From the sequence record MK250027.1: a stretch of 64,000 nt of DNA, one strand, 5' to 3'. Each line of letters opens with the position of its first letter. Within the stretch, counting starts at the first letter, position 1. Below, piece by piece: positions 32,438-42,781 of the stretch. Under the pieces are notes generated by a model. The model made no database searches. It worked only from the letters and a program-made list of their open reading frames with translations, and had not been told where the DNA came from. Position numbers and translations under genes: made by a program.

Positions 32438-32562
32438 TTCATAGTTTTAGTTTTTATTTATACTAAAAACCTATATTTCTTGTTTCATAAATACATTATA
32501 TATTAAATTTATATATAATTCATATCTCCACAAGCTTAAATTCGGTAAAACTCAACCCTATT
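32438..32562 (-). ncRNA. Putative TnpB omegaRNA/right-end scaffold
   Basis: Immediately 3' of tnpB; conserved with the copy at 811-963, including a GTTTTTA/TAAAAAC hairpin. Confidence 0.65.
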
Positions 32563-32577
32563 TAATATTTTAAATAA

Positions 32578-33711
32578 TTATAAATTAATTTGTCTTAATC
32601 CTTCTGATAAAATATTCAAAGAAGCATTATAATCTCTATCTATTAAAGATTTACAATGTGGACATATCCACTTGCGCTAACTTAGTTTTAAATCTTTATA
32701 AATATATCCACAATTATGACATGTCTTTGATGAAGGATAGAATCTATCTATTATAACTAAATTTTTATTATACCTATTACACTTATATTCAAGTTGTCGT
32801 CTGAACTCAAATAAACTTAATTCCTATATGGACTTAGATAGTTTATGATTAGACATCATTCCATTTACATTTAAATCTTCAATACAGATAACTTGGTTCT
32901 CATTAACTAGTTTTGAAGTTATTTGATGTAAATAATTTAATCTCTAATTCTTTATTTTCTCATGAACTTTTGCAATTTTAACTCTTACTTTATTTCTATT
33001 AATACTGTCTTTCTATTTCTTAAATAATTGCCTCTATAATTTCTTTAATTTATTTTCTTGATTTTTATAAAAATGCTTATTCTCATATCTATTTCCATTT
33101 GAATCAACAATAAAATCTTTAATTCCTAAATCTAATCCTATTACATTATCTAACTTTTCTTTTTCTTTAATATTATAATCAATACATATTGATAGATAAT
33201 ATTTGTTTGTAGAAGTTTTAGTAAGAGTAACAAAATGAATTTTATCTTGATTATGATTTAAATATATTTCATCTTTTCTTGAACACTTAAATAATATATT
33301 TTTTAACTACTTTATTAAAGTTATTCTATTTCCTCTAATTTTTTTATTTTTAAACTTAAACATTGAATTAGTAAATCTGCAAGATTGTTTAGCATCTTTT
33401 TTAGATTTAAATTTAGGATAATATGTATATGATTTTAAAAAATTATCATATGCTTTAATTACATCTATCATTGATTGCTATAAACATGCATTATATACAT
33501 CATTTAAAAAAGAATATTCATCTTGCTTCCTTAAAGAAACTAAATATTTACCTAACTATGATAAAGAAACAGATTGCTTATATTGTTTATATATTAATTT
33601 TTTATAATCTAATAATTTATTATATATAAATCTACAACAACCTAATTGTTTAGAAATAAATTCTTTCTAAGCAACATCAGGATATATTCTTATTTTAATA
33701 GATTTGATCAT
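32578..33711 (-). CDS. tnpB: TnpB RNA-guided endonuclease, intact under code 15 (377 aa, 9 TAG)
   Basis: HTH IRIYPD..LGCCRFIYN; YPKFKSK; RuvC-I IGLDLGIKD; KVHEKIKNQR; RuvC-II ICIEDLNV; Zn finger SSKTCHNCG..WICPHC; RuvC-III DRDYNAS. Confidence 0.92.
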
Positions 33712-33780
33712 ATACAATAAAATTATTTATATAATATAAAATTAACTTCTTAAAAAGTTTACATTTTATAGAAATATTTT

Positions 33781-34449
33781 TCAAATTGGTTTTGGACAAA
33801 GTTTAACTAACTTACTTCTCAACGAATTTAATATAGGTTTAAACTTAGTTTTATATTCATCCCAATTATTACCCATCATTTGAATCTTTATCCAATATGG
33901 ATTTGCTTCACTATAATCATATATCTTTCCATATTCTGCAATTTGAATACCAAACATATATAATCTTATACAATGAAAAATAGATTTTTTTGCCCTATAT
34001 AAATCATAATCTTTTTCTATAATTAATTTCTTATGACATTTTGCATATGAGTTATTAACAATAGAAGAAATAACTTTCCTTAATTTCCATTTATCAAGAA
34101 TGAAATAATTCGCGTATAACGAGTTAAATTTTTCAAAACTATCATACATACTACTTTTCATAAATAAGCTCTCTAACGCGATTATATGATGTTCATATAG
34201 CATCTTTTTAAATGTATTATTATTGATAATCTGAAAATCAAAATCAATAGCATTTCCATCAAATACATGAAGTTCCGTTATACCATTATAATCATCTGTT
34301 AATTTAATATCATCATCTACAATAACAATAATATCCTTATCTGATTTTTCATTATTAGTCCCATATACATAAGATCCATGCATAAAAGATAATATATAAT
34401 GTTCACGTATATTTAATGGTAAACATTCCTTTATAAGTTTCCAATCCAT
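33781..34449 (-). CDS. Pol-beta superfamily nucleotidyltransferase
   Basis: HGSYVYGTNNEKSDKDII (GS..DxD motif). Confidence 0.85.
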   Translation of the reverse strand: MDWKLIKECLPLNIREHYILSFMHGSYVYGTNNEKSDKDIIVIVDDDIKLTDDYNGITELHVFDGNAIDFDFQIINNNTFKKMLYEHHIIALESLFMKSSMYDSFEKFNSLYANYFILDKWKLRKVISSIVNNSYAKCHKKLIIEKDYDLYRAKKSIFHCIRLYMFGIQIAEYGKIYDYSEANPYWIKIQMMGNNWDEYKTKFKPILNSLRSKLVKLCPKPI

Positions 34450-34452
34450 AAA

Positions 34453-34875
34453 TCATTCAACTAAATCATATTCTAACTTATGAAATATTATTCTCTTTTC
34501 CTTTAAAAGTTTATCCAATAATTCATTAAAATCAAATTTAACGGTAGTTAATGAATCATATACTAAATTTGGTACTTTATATAATTTGAATAATTGCTCA
34601 AAATTCGCAATTATACCATTATAAAGTTTTTTCTCTGATGTATATGTATGTTTACCTTTATAATTAAGAATAAGTTTACCATCTAATGTAGCATACCACA
34701 TATATTTCTTCTTATTATTCTTATTAATTAAAGGTTTTGTTATTTGATCAAAAAATGAATCATCTATATCTATCTCATCATTTAACTCTATTTTATTATC
34801 ATGGTTAAAATCAATACGTTTCTCAATATTAATCTTTACTTTCATTTTATTATCTTTGTATTTAAAAGAACACAT
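34453..34875 (-). CDS. Hypothetical protein; true start probably MKVKIN near 34845
   Basis: ORF in operon. Confidence 0.6.
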   Translation of the reverse strand: MCSFKYKDNKMKVKINIEKRIDFNHDNKIELNDEIDIDDSFFDQITKPLINKNNKKKYMWYATLDGKLILNYKGKHTYTSEKKLYNGIIANFEQLFKLYKVPNLVYDSLTTVKFDFNELLDKLLKEKRIIFHKLEYDLVE

Positions 34876-35225
34876 GGTTTACCGATATAAAAAACACCAG
34901 GAATTTCCTTAAATTCTTTCATTAGTTTTTTAGTTTCACGTTTTAATTTATTCAAATATGTTTTATATGCTTTCTCTCTGTTATGGTCTATCCATGCATC
35001 ATAATAATCTTGTCTAGAAAAATCTTCACGCTTTTTATCATACCATTCTATATCAGTAAACTTATTAATGTATATTTCCATCGCTTCTTCTATAGAATTA
35101 GCTGATATATGATAAGTTTCAGTTATTACTTTAACATCATCTTCATAATCGTCTTCTTCTATAGATATGTCTGTATAACAAAATATCTTTAATGTATTAT
35201 TTTGATTTTTAAACTTTACACTCAT
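34842..35225 (-). CDS. Hypothetical protein
   Basis: ORF in operon. Confidence 0.65.
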   Translation of the reverse strand: MSVKFKNQNNTLKIFCYTDISIEEDDYEDDVKVITETYHISANSIEEAMEIYINKFTDIEWYDKKREDFSRQDYYDAWIDHNREKAYKTYLNKLKRETKKLMKEFKEIPGVFYIGKPCVLLNTKIIK

Positions 35226-35336
35226 TTATAATATTAATTAGTTATACTCTTTATATGTAATATAAAATAAAAAAGTCTTAACATATTATAATAATATAAT
35301 ACATTAAGACTAAAAACTTAAAAATAACATGAAAAA

Positions 35337-35861
35337 TTATTTCTTATTATTACAATTAACAATAACCTTATTATATACATCTAATAATATATTATCATTA
35401 TTAAATGCTATATCTATATCAGATGTAAAAATCATTGATAATGGAATAAACATTATATCATCAACTTCATTAGGTTCAGAATGTTCACTTGTTAATTCAT
35501 AATCATCTATTATTCCTGGAAGAATTGCATAATAAATTACGCTTACATTCTGTCGCTTTGTATCTGGAATTGAATTAATGGCATAAAAATTCATCAATAC
35601 TCTTGGGATAGAAATACCTGTTTCTTCAAAGGTCTCTCTCATTCCACATTGACATAAATCCTCATCATGATCCAAATAACCAGCTGGAACATTCCACCTT
35701 CCTACATTTGATGGACATCCTTTACCGCGTTTATTAATTAATGCACACCAATTTTCATCTGAATCTTTACAGAATACACAAGTCGCAACAGTTATTGAAC
35801 GAGAATACCAATATTTTTCACCGTTATATTCAAACTCAAAATTTCGTAATCTCTGTTTCAT
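35337..35861 (-). CDS. NUDIX hydrolase
   Basis: NUDIX box PAGYLDHDEDLCQCGMRETFEETG. Confidence 0.9.
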   Translation of the reverse strand: MKQRLRNFEFEYNGEKYWYSRSITVATCVFCKDSDENWCALINKRGKGCPSNVGRWNVPAGYLDHDEDLCQCGMRETFEETGISIPRVLMNFYAINSIPDTKRQNVSVIYYAILPGIIDDYELTSEHSEPNEVDDIMFIPLSMIFTSDIDIAFNNDNILLDVYNKVIVNCNNKK

Positions 35862-35880
35862 TTATTAATATAATTTTATT

Positions 35881-36414
35881 TTAAAATGTTCCTGTAGAAC
35901 CAGCCATTCCATCTGCCCTATCAGATTTCTCTATCTTATTATAATCATCTTCACTCATTTCTTTCCAATCTGTATCAAGATAAATCTGATGGATAAACTG
36001 AACAAGTTTCTGACCTGTCTGAACTGTAATATCTGTATTTCCATTATTACAAAGATTAATATGAACTTCTCCCTGGTAATCTGCATCAATAGTATTTGCC
36101 ATTACATCAAGATGATATTTAGAAGCGACACCAGATTTATTTGTTGCTTGAAGATATGTTCTTTTATCATTAATCCAAACTTTAATACCAGATGGAATCA
36201 TTACTTGCTCACCTGCAGGAATAGTAATAAACAAATCATCATCCTTAATATTATAGAAAATTTTGTTACCTTCATTCTTCTTAATCAAATCAACAAGAAA
36301 CTCCTAATTATAGAAAGGTACGAAAAAATCAGTTCCTGCATCATGACTATTAGCTCTATTTGGCAACTTAACATTTCTAACTCTTGTAAACTATACTGTA
36401 GTATTATAACTCAT
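35881..36414 (-). CDS. dut: Trimeric dUTPase (177 aa, 2 TAG)
   Basis: Motif I LPNRANSHDAGTDF lies upstream of an in-frame TAG; NKSG, TIDADYQGE, KLVQ and RADGMAGSTG motifs. Confidence 0.92.
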
Positions 36415-36526
36415 TCTTTATATTAAAAATAATTTTTATATTATATGAATATATGTTAATAAAGTTTAACAAAATAATTATTAATAATACTTAAAAAATA
36501 TTTTCAAAAATAGTAGACTTTTTTCA

Positions 36527-37012
36527 NNNNNNNNNNNNNNNNNNNNNNNNNNNNNNNNNNNNNNNNNNNNNNNNNNNNNNNNNNNNNNNNNNNNNNNNNN
36601 NNNNNNNNNNNNNNNNNNNNNNNNNNNNNNNNNNNNNNNNNNNNNNNNNNNNNNNNNNNNNNNNNNNNNNNNNNNNNNNNNNNNNNNNNNNNNNNNNNNN
36701 NNNNNNNNNNNNNNNNNNNNNNNNNNNNNNNNNNNNNNNNNNNNNNNNNNNNNNNNNNNNNNNNNNNNNNNNNNNNNNNNNNNNNNNNNNNNNNNNNNNN
36801 NNNNNNNNNNNNNNNNNNNNNNNNNNNNNNNNNNNNNNNNNNNNNNNNNNNNNNNNNNNNNNNNNNNNNNNNNNNNNNNNNNNNNNNNNNNNNNNNNNNN
36901 NNNNNNNNNNNNNNNNNNNNNNNNNNNNNNNNNNNNNNNNNNNNNNNNNNNNNNNNNNNNNNNNNNNNNNNNNNNNNNNNNNNNNNNNNNNNNNNNNNNN
37001 NNNNNNNNNNNN
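36527..37012. other. Assembly gap (486 N)
   Basis: Run of N. Confidence 1.
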
Positions 37013-37068
37013 AATTCTATATACATTTATTATATAGATAAATATTCAAATATTCTTTTTTTAATTTA

Positions 37069-37980
37069 ATGAAATTTAATTTTGATAAATCTATTAATGA
37101 AAAATTATCTTTTTTATATGAATCATTATTTGATGATGAAACTGATGATATTCTTAATAATGATGAAGAATCTCCGTTGAGTAATGTTTATAATGATGAA
37201 AAATAGTTTAATGATTTTTTAAATGATTGTAATAAATTAGATTTATTTTATAGATAGTGGAATTCTGAAAAATATATAGAAAGATTATAGGAAGAAAAGA
37301 AAATTAATCATAGTAATGTGATTTATCTTAAACAATTAAGTTTAGCTTTTAAAGATTAGAAATAGTTTGATAAATTTTGTAATATGTTCGATTGTTATCC
37401 AACATTAAAATTATATATAGGATATTTAGAATTAGATATGAATTTTGATAGAAATGGAATACCTAATATAAAATTTAATTTTAATAATTTTAATAATACA
37501 TTTATTGATGTTGATACTATTTCTATATATGGCGGAATATTTGAAAATTTAGAAGGAATTAATGAAACAATATCATTGAAAAATATTCATTTTAATAATT
37601 CTTATGTTAAGTCAATAAATGGATTATTAGGAAGCGTTAGAATATTGGATTTTTTATATAATAAACCTATTGAATCCGTTACTGATTGGAGTAATTTATA
37701 GAATATGACAAAACTTTATAGGTTAACCGTTGATTATACAGAGTGGAAATTTATTGGTATAGATCATCTTTTACATTTTAATAATATACCAGAAGAAATA
37801 TTAGATATTAAAGAAGTTAATTTTATTAATCATGATGCATTTGGTAAATTAAGATATTATAAGAATTATATAAAAAATATGTTTATAGAGGAAAATCCTA
37901 ATGTTAAAGGTAAACTTAAATCTAATATTATTAGACAACTTCAAGGTAATTATGAACCTATATTACATGGGAGAAAATAA
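37069..37980 (+). CDS. Hypothetical protein with ESLFDD leader and LRR-like segment (303 aa, TAG read-through)
   Basis: ATG 37069 is in frame with ORFs 37384-37701 and 37705-37980; upstream GATAAATA. Confidence 0.75.
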
Positions 37981-38103
37981 TATATTGAATATTTCTTCTG
38001 TATTGTGTTAAAATTAATTAAGGTTAATAACTATAAGGTAAAGAGATTTGATTGCGATACGGAGAAGATATGGTATCAAATTTTGAGTTTTATTAAATTA
38101 TGT

Positions 38104-38132
38104 TAAACTATTAAAAATATATTTTATATAAT
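38104..38132 (+). promoter_or_regulatory. Class-II promoter TAAACT-N17-TATAAT, representative copy
   Basis: Same spacing at 38104, 51625, 62908, 63571 (+) and 3610-3638, 36440-36468 (-); TATATT variants upstream of tnpB and ompA. Confidence 0.7.
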
Positions 38133-38153
38133 AAACAAATAAAAGTTTAATAT

Positions 38154-39263
38154 ATGAGAAAATATTTTGAAGTTCCTGATATTATAACTGATGATTTTAT
38201 TATATAGAATTTTAAATTAAAGAATACAGAAAATGATATTAATCCTAGTAGGGCAAGTAAGATATTTTTAAATTAGTATCCAACTATTAAAGAATATATA
38301 GAAAATAGATATGTGGATTCAGAATCCACATATGAAACTTTTTATAGAATATTTCATCATATTGAACATAGACCTAAATGTAAGGCATGTGGTAAAGTTT
38401 TAGAATTTCATCATAACCATAAATTTAGAGAATATTGTTCATAGAAATGTGTATAGAATTTTGAAGATGTTATATAGAAGAAATCAAAAACAAGAAAAAG
38501 AAAAGTAACAGAATATAAATATTTGGGAAAAGATTTTTATCAAGAAGTTAGGAAGAAAATAGAAGATACCTGTTTAAAAAGATATGGTACAAAATATCCT
38601 ACGTAGTGTGATGAAATAAAAGAAAAAGTTAAGCAAACTAATATAAAAAGATTAGGTGTTCCATATACAGCTTAGAATAAAAAGTGTTTAGAAAAGATGA
38701 AGCAAACCTGTATAGAGAGATATGGAGTAGACCATAATTTTAAAATTCCAGGTATGAAGGAACATATTAAGGAAACTTGGATTGAAAAATACGGTTGCGA
38801 AAATCCTATGTAGAATAAAGATATATTATAGAAAAATTTTGATTCAAAGAAAAAACATAATTCATACAGATAGTCAAAATCAGAAGAATCATTACATGAA
38901 TATCTTTGTAATAAATATGGAGCAAATGATATATTAAGATAGTATAAATCTGATTTATATCCATATCATTGTGACTTTTATATTAAAAGTTTGGATTTGT
39001 ATATTGAATTGCAAGGTTATTGGTCACATGGTTATCATCCATTTAATCCTAATGATAAAAATGATATTGAACGTTTAAATGAATTAATGTTAAGAAAAGA
39101 TAAAACAGGTTATTCACATGCTATTGATGTATGGACTGTTAGAGATGTCAATAAGAGAAATACGGCAAAAGAAAATAATTTAAATTATTTGGAACTATTT
39201 GCAGTTAAAAAAGAAGATTTAATTAATAAATTTGAAGAATACATAAAAAATAAAAAAATTTAA
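38154..39263 (+). CDS. Homing-endonuclease-like protein: Zn ribbon + ERYG repeats + PD-(D/E)xK nuclease (369 aa, 11 TAG)
   Basis: CKACG..YCSQKC; repeats TCLKRYG/TNIKRLG/TCIERYG/TWIEKYG; CDFYIKSLDLYIELQGYWSHG. Confidence 0.8.
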
Positions 39264-39266
39264 TAT

Positions 39267-39826
39267 ATGAATGAAAGCTATAAAAATCAACATAAACCAT
39301 CAAGAAATTCAAGGTTTAAACAAGGTTATTTTCATCCAAAACATCCAGAAAAATGGGTGACTAAAACCAACGAATATAGAAGTTCGTGGGAATTTTTTTT
39401 TTTTTTATGGATTGGTGTGACAGAAATCCTTAGGTTTTGAGAGTTGGTTCAGAACCATGTGCTATATAGTATAGAGATCCTGTTGCTAATTTGGAATATT
39501 GTCATCAACATCATTTGGATCCAAATAATCCTTAGAACTGGAAGATTAGAAAATATTATGTTGATATGTGGGTTGAGTTTAAAAAGAAAGATGGTGAAGT
39601 TATAAAAGTGTTTATTGAGATTAAACCTTATGCACAAACAATTAAACCTGAACCATTGAAACCTGGAGCGAAGTTAAAAGAAGTTAATCGTTATAATAGA
39701 GAAATGAAAACATTTTTGACTAACCAAGCAAAATGGAGAGCAGCAAAATATGAGTTTAAAAAACGCGGAGTTTAGTTTCAGGTGTGGACAGAACGCGAAT
39801 TAAGTGATAAATTAAAATTGTTTTAA
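39267..39826 (+). CDS. T4 gp4-like head-completion nuclease, frameshifted at a T14 tract
   Basis: FKQGYFHPKHPEKW..YRSSWE | MDWCDRNP..SEP..YYVDMW..IEIKP..NQAKW..AA..WTE; the two halves are in different frames across 39393-39406. Confidence 0.8.
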
Positions 39827-39833
39827 TTTAATT

Positions 39834-40760
39834 ATGAATAAGAATATTAGACGATTAATAGAATCTCTATTTGATGATGATATATTAGATGATATTAGTA
39901 AACCAGATAATTCTGATATGATTTTTGATAAAATAAGTTCAACTGATATTGTAAAGCCTTTATTGGATAAGATAGTAGATAGATCCGAGAATAATGATTT
40001 AGCAATATTTTTCAACGCATATAAAACATTACCATAGTTATCCGAAATATCAAAAAGTTATAAGAATGGAATAAACATAGGTTATGTTAGAATTTCATTA
40101 TATAAAGGAAATGTAAAATATTTTAAAGAATTATTTGATATATTATTGGATTATGATATTCATTTTAGTATAAACGTATTAGAATTTTCATTAGAAAATA
40201 AAACTGATAAGGTATATTCAATTAAAGATTTATTTGATTTTGAAAAATATAAAAGTATTTTAAAAATAAAAGATTTTGTAGTTAGTTATGGGAGATTAAA
40301 AGATTTTAAAGGATTTCCGTCTTATATAGAAAACGAAATTTATTTAAATTGGATTAAAGAAGTAAATTCATTAGAAGGATTTCCAATAACAAAAAATAAC
40401 TTATCTTTATATTTTAATAATAGTGTATTACCGGATGATTGGACCGGATGCCCACATAAATTACAAGAATTAAATTTTCAACCGGAATTACCATCTATGT
40501 TATTTAATGTAGAGGATGAAGTTAATTCTATTGTTAATAGTATGGGTAATTTAAAAAATATACCATATGATTTAACATTTGAAAGAGATAATATGAGTAG
40601 AGGATGTAATCTATATATAGGATGCATGCTTGTAGATCCTTCATGGAAGACAGAGGTTAAAAAAGAAATAAGAAAATATATAGGAAATTGTTTAAAAACA
40701 CAATATAAAAATATAACTAATTTAAAAAAGAAATTATGTTATAGTATTAAAATGACTTAA
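39834..40760 (+). CDS. Hypothetical protein with ESLFDD leader (308 aa, 1 TAG), likely paralogue of 37069-37980
   Basis: ORFs 39834-40037 and 40146-40760 fuse through a TAG; SLEGFP/FKGFP LRR-like repeats. Confidence 0.75.
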
Positions 40761-40865
40761 TCTATATAAAAATCACAAAATTATATTAATTTATAGTTTT
40801 GTGATTTTTTATTTTATAATAATATGTGTATCTTTGAATTATAAATTAAAAAAATGTAATTTATT

Positions 40866-41444
40866 ATGGATAAGAATACATTAAAAAAACAGATGAACCA
40901 AATTCATGATATAAATTTATCAAAGCGAATTGGTGAAGTTTGTGAGTGTCCAGTATGTGGCAATTCTTTCGTTAAGAAACATATTAAACATGTTTATTGT
41001 GGAGGACGTGATAATCAGACATGTAAGAATGCTTATAATAATTTCATGCGTTATAATACTGTTTATGATTTTGGGAGATTTGTTAATTTGAAAAATAAAA
41101 ATAAAAATAATAATGTCACTACTAAATCAACAAAATCATTTAATAAGTATATGTCTTTTTCATTTGGCAATGATTCTTCATTATCAGATAAGTCGAATAA
41201 AGAGTTAAATGAAGTTAAAGATACTTCTAAGTATGTTAGTGAAACTTTAAGTGTAGATAAACAAGTATTAAAGAATATTGAGTCTTCATTAGAAACTCGT
41301 ATTAGAGAAAAAATTGAAAAAGAGTTTGAATATGAATATAAGAATAAATTAGAGAAAGAATATAATAAAGGTTATAATAAAGCATGTGCTAACTATGAAG
41401 AAGCAAAAAAATGGGAAAATGCCGAATTTAATGGTTGTGTTTAA
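40866..41444 (+). CDS. Zn-finger hypothetical protein (early)
   Basis: CECPVCG..YCGG..TCK; follows the promoter motif at 40826-40836. Confidence 0.7.
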   Translation: MDKNTLKKQMNQIHDINLSKRIGEVCECPVCGNSFVKKHIKHVYCGGRDNQTCKNAYNNFMRYNTVYDFGRFVNLKNKNKNNNVTTKSTKSFNKYMSFSFGNDSSLSDKSNKELNEVKDTSKYVSETLSVDKQVLKNIESSLETRIREKIEKEFEYEYKNKLEKEYNKGYNKACANYEEAKKWENAEFNGCV

Positions 41445-41454
41445 ATAATGATGT

Positions 41455-41757
41455 ATGTTGTTATTTTATAGATTTGATGATATTCCAAAAAATGAGAGGT
41501 CTTCAATTTTTTGGAGAGGCGAAGAAAAAATAGGTGAAGAAAAAGGAGTATCTGTTTATGAAGCTCATAAAAATATAAATGGAACATATTCACCAGTTTT
41601 ACCTAATCCTATAAATGAAACAGGGTTTGATACTTTTATTCATTTAATTAGATATTATTCCGGTAACAAATATTTGGTAACAGGAGATTTATTAGATGAC
41701 AGAGGAACAGATGGTGAACCATTAATTAAGAACGTTAAAATAATTAAGAAGTTATGA
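41455..41757 (+). CDS. Hypothetical protein
   Basis: ORF in operon. Confidence 0.7.
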   Translation: MLLFYRFDDIPKNERSSIFWRGEEKIGEEKGVSVYEAHKNINGTYSPVLPNPINETGFDTFIHLIRYYSGNKYLVTGDLLDDRGTDGEPLIKNVKIIKKL

Positions 41758-41981
41758 ATAAAGAAGAACGTTATAAGAAGATAAATGATTTAATTCCACA
41801 AATCGAGTTAATTAAAGATACTATTTATAATATCGTATGGGAACCTCAGGAAGGTGATTTTGATAATCATTTCGACAATCTTCCAAAAGCAGAGAAGGTT
41901 GCTATCATAGGAATATTGAATGATGCAAATAGACTTAGTAATTCAGTTGCATGTTATGCACATTGGTTTGAACAAAAGTAA
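41754..41981 (+). CDS. Hypothetical protein
   Basis: ATGA overlap. Confidence 0.7.
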   Translation: MNKEERYKKINDLIPQIELIKDTIYNIVWEPQEGDFDNHFDNLPKAEKVAIIGILNDANRLSNSVACYAHWFEQK

Positions 41982-42038
41982 ACATTTTCAATAATTTAGA
42001 CTATAATTTATAGATTTGTTGTTAATTAGATAAAGTTT

Positions 42039-42779
42039 ATGAAAAATAATAAAGAAATTATTAAGGAATTTTATCCATATGTAAGTGATGCACTTAAGAA
42101 AATGGATAATGTTGATATAGAAACATTGCAGAATACATATAATATTCTTAGTAATATGAATGATTATTCTGTTGATGAAGTTATTAATGCTCAAAAAATA
42201 GTTAAAGATATTATTAATAAAACTATTGATGAGTTTAAAGATAAATTTATTAAGAATGTTTCATTTGATGATATTATTTTATATGCGCAGGTATCAAAAT
42301 CTGTATTGAAAAATAATAATACAAAGAAGAATTTTATTAATAATACGGGTGTAACTATTGATACAAAAAATATAGTAGGAACTAAATCATTTGAAGCTAT
42401 TCAACATGATTTGTTTGGTGGTGAACCAACTGTATATAAGAAGAAAAAGAAGTTTTCAAAAATTAATGATAAAGTTACACTTTATTCAAATATTCCTTAT
42501 TTAACTCTTAAGAAAAATGAGCATTTATATCGTATAGCTACACTTATTCCTTATAATAAGCAAGTAGTAGATGATAATGGTAAGAAAATAAAGGGATTAA
42601 TCTATGGAATGCTTCCAACTATGTATTTTGTAACAGATAATAAGAAACGAGATTTTAGAATTGCTCGTAATAATTATATTAATATTGTAAGGTCTCAGAA
42701 TGAAAAGTTGGTTAAGCATTATGAAGAAACTTACAATATTACGTTAGGTTATGATGTTTCAGCTAAAATGATTAAGTAA
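42039..42779 (+). CDS. Hypothetical protein
   Basis: 246-aa ORF. Confidence 0.7.
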   Translation: MKNNKEIIKEFYPYVSDALKKMDNVDIETLQNTYNILSNMNDYSVDEVINAQKIVKDIINKTIDEFKDKFIKNVSFDDIILYAQVSKSVLKNNNTKKNFINNTGVTIDTKNIVGTKSFEAIQHDLFGGEPTVYKKKKKFSKINDKVTLYSNIPYLTLKKNEHLYRIATLIPYNKQVVDDNGKKIKGLIYGMLPTMYFVTDNKKRDFRIARNNYINIVRSQNEKLVKHYEETYNITLGYDVSAKMIK

Positions 42780-42781
42780 TT

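Larger units (their letters stand above)
32399..33776 (-). mobile_element. tnpB-only (IS1341-like, IS200/605/607 superfamily) module flanked by ~33-bp direct repeats
   Basis: AACTTCTTAAAAAGTTTACATTTTATA exact at 32399-32425 and 33744-33770, extending to 33 bp with 1 mismatch; no tnpA nearby. Confidence 0.75.

Noticed and set aside
32578-33711. Nuclease-dead TldR or frameshifted tnpB pseudogene
   Set aside because: Codon-by-codon check gives one intact 377-aa frame under code 15 with all three RuvC acidic residues.
36481-37026. 181-aa ORF spanning the N run
   Set aside because: Artefact of the assembly gap.
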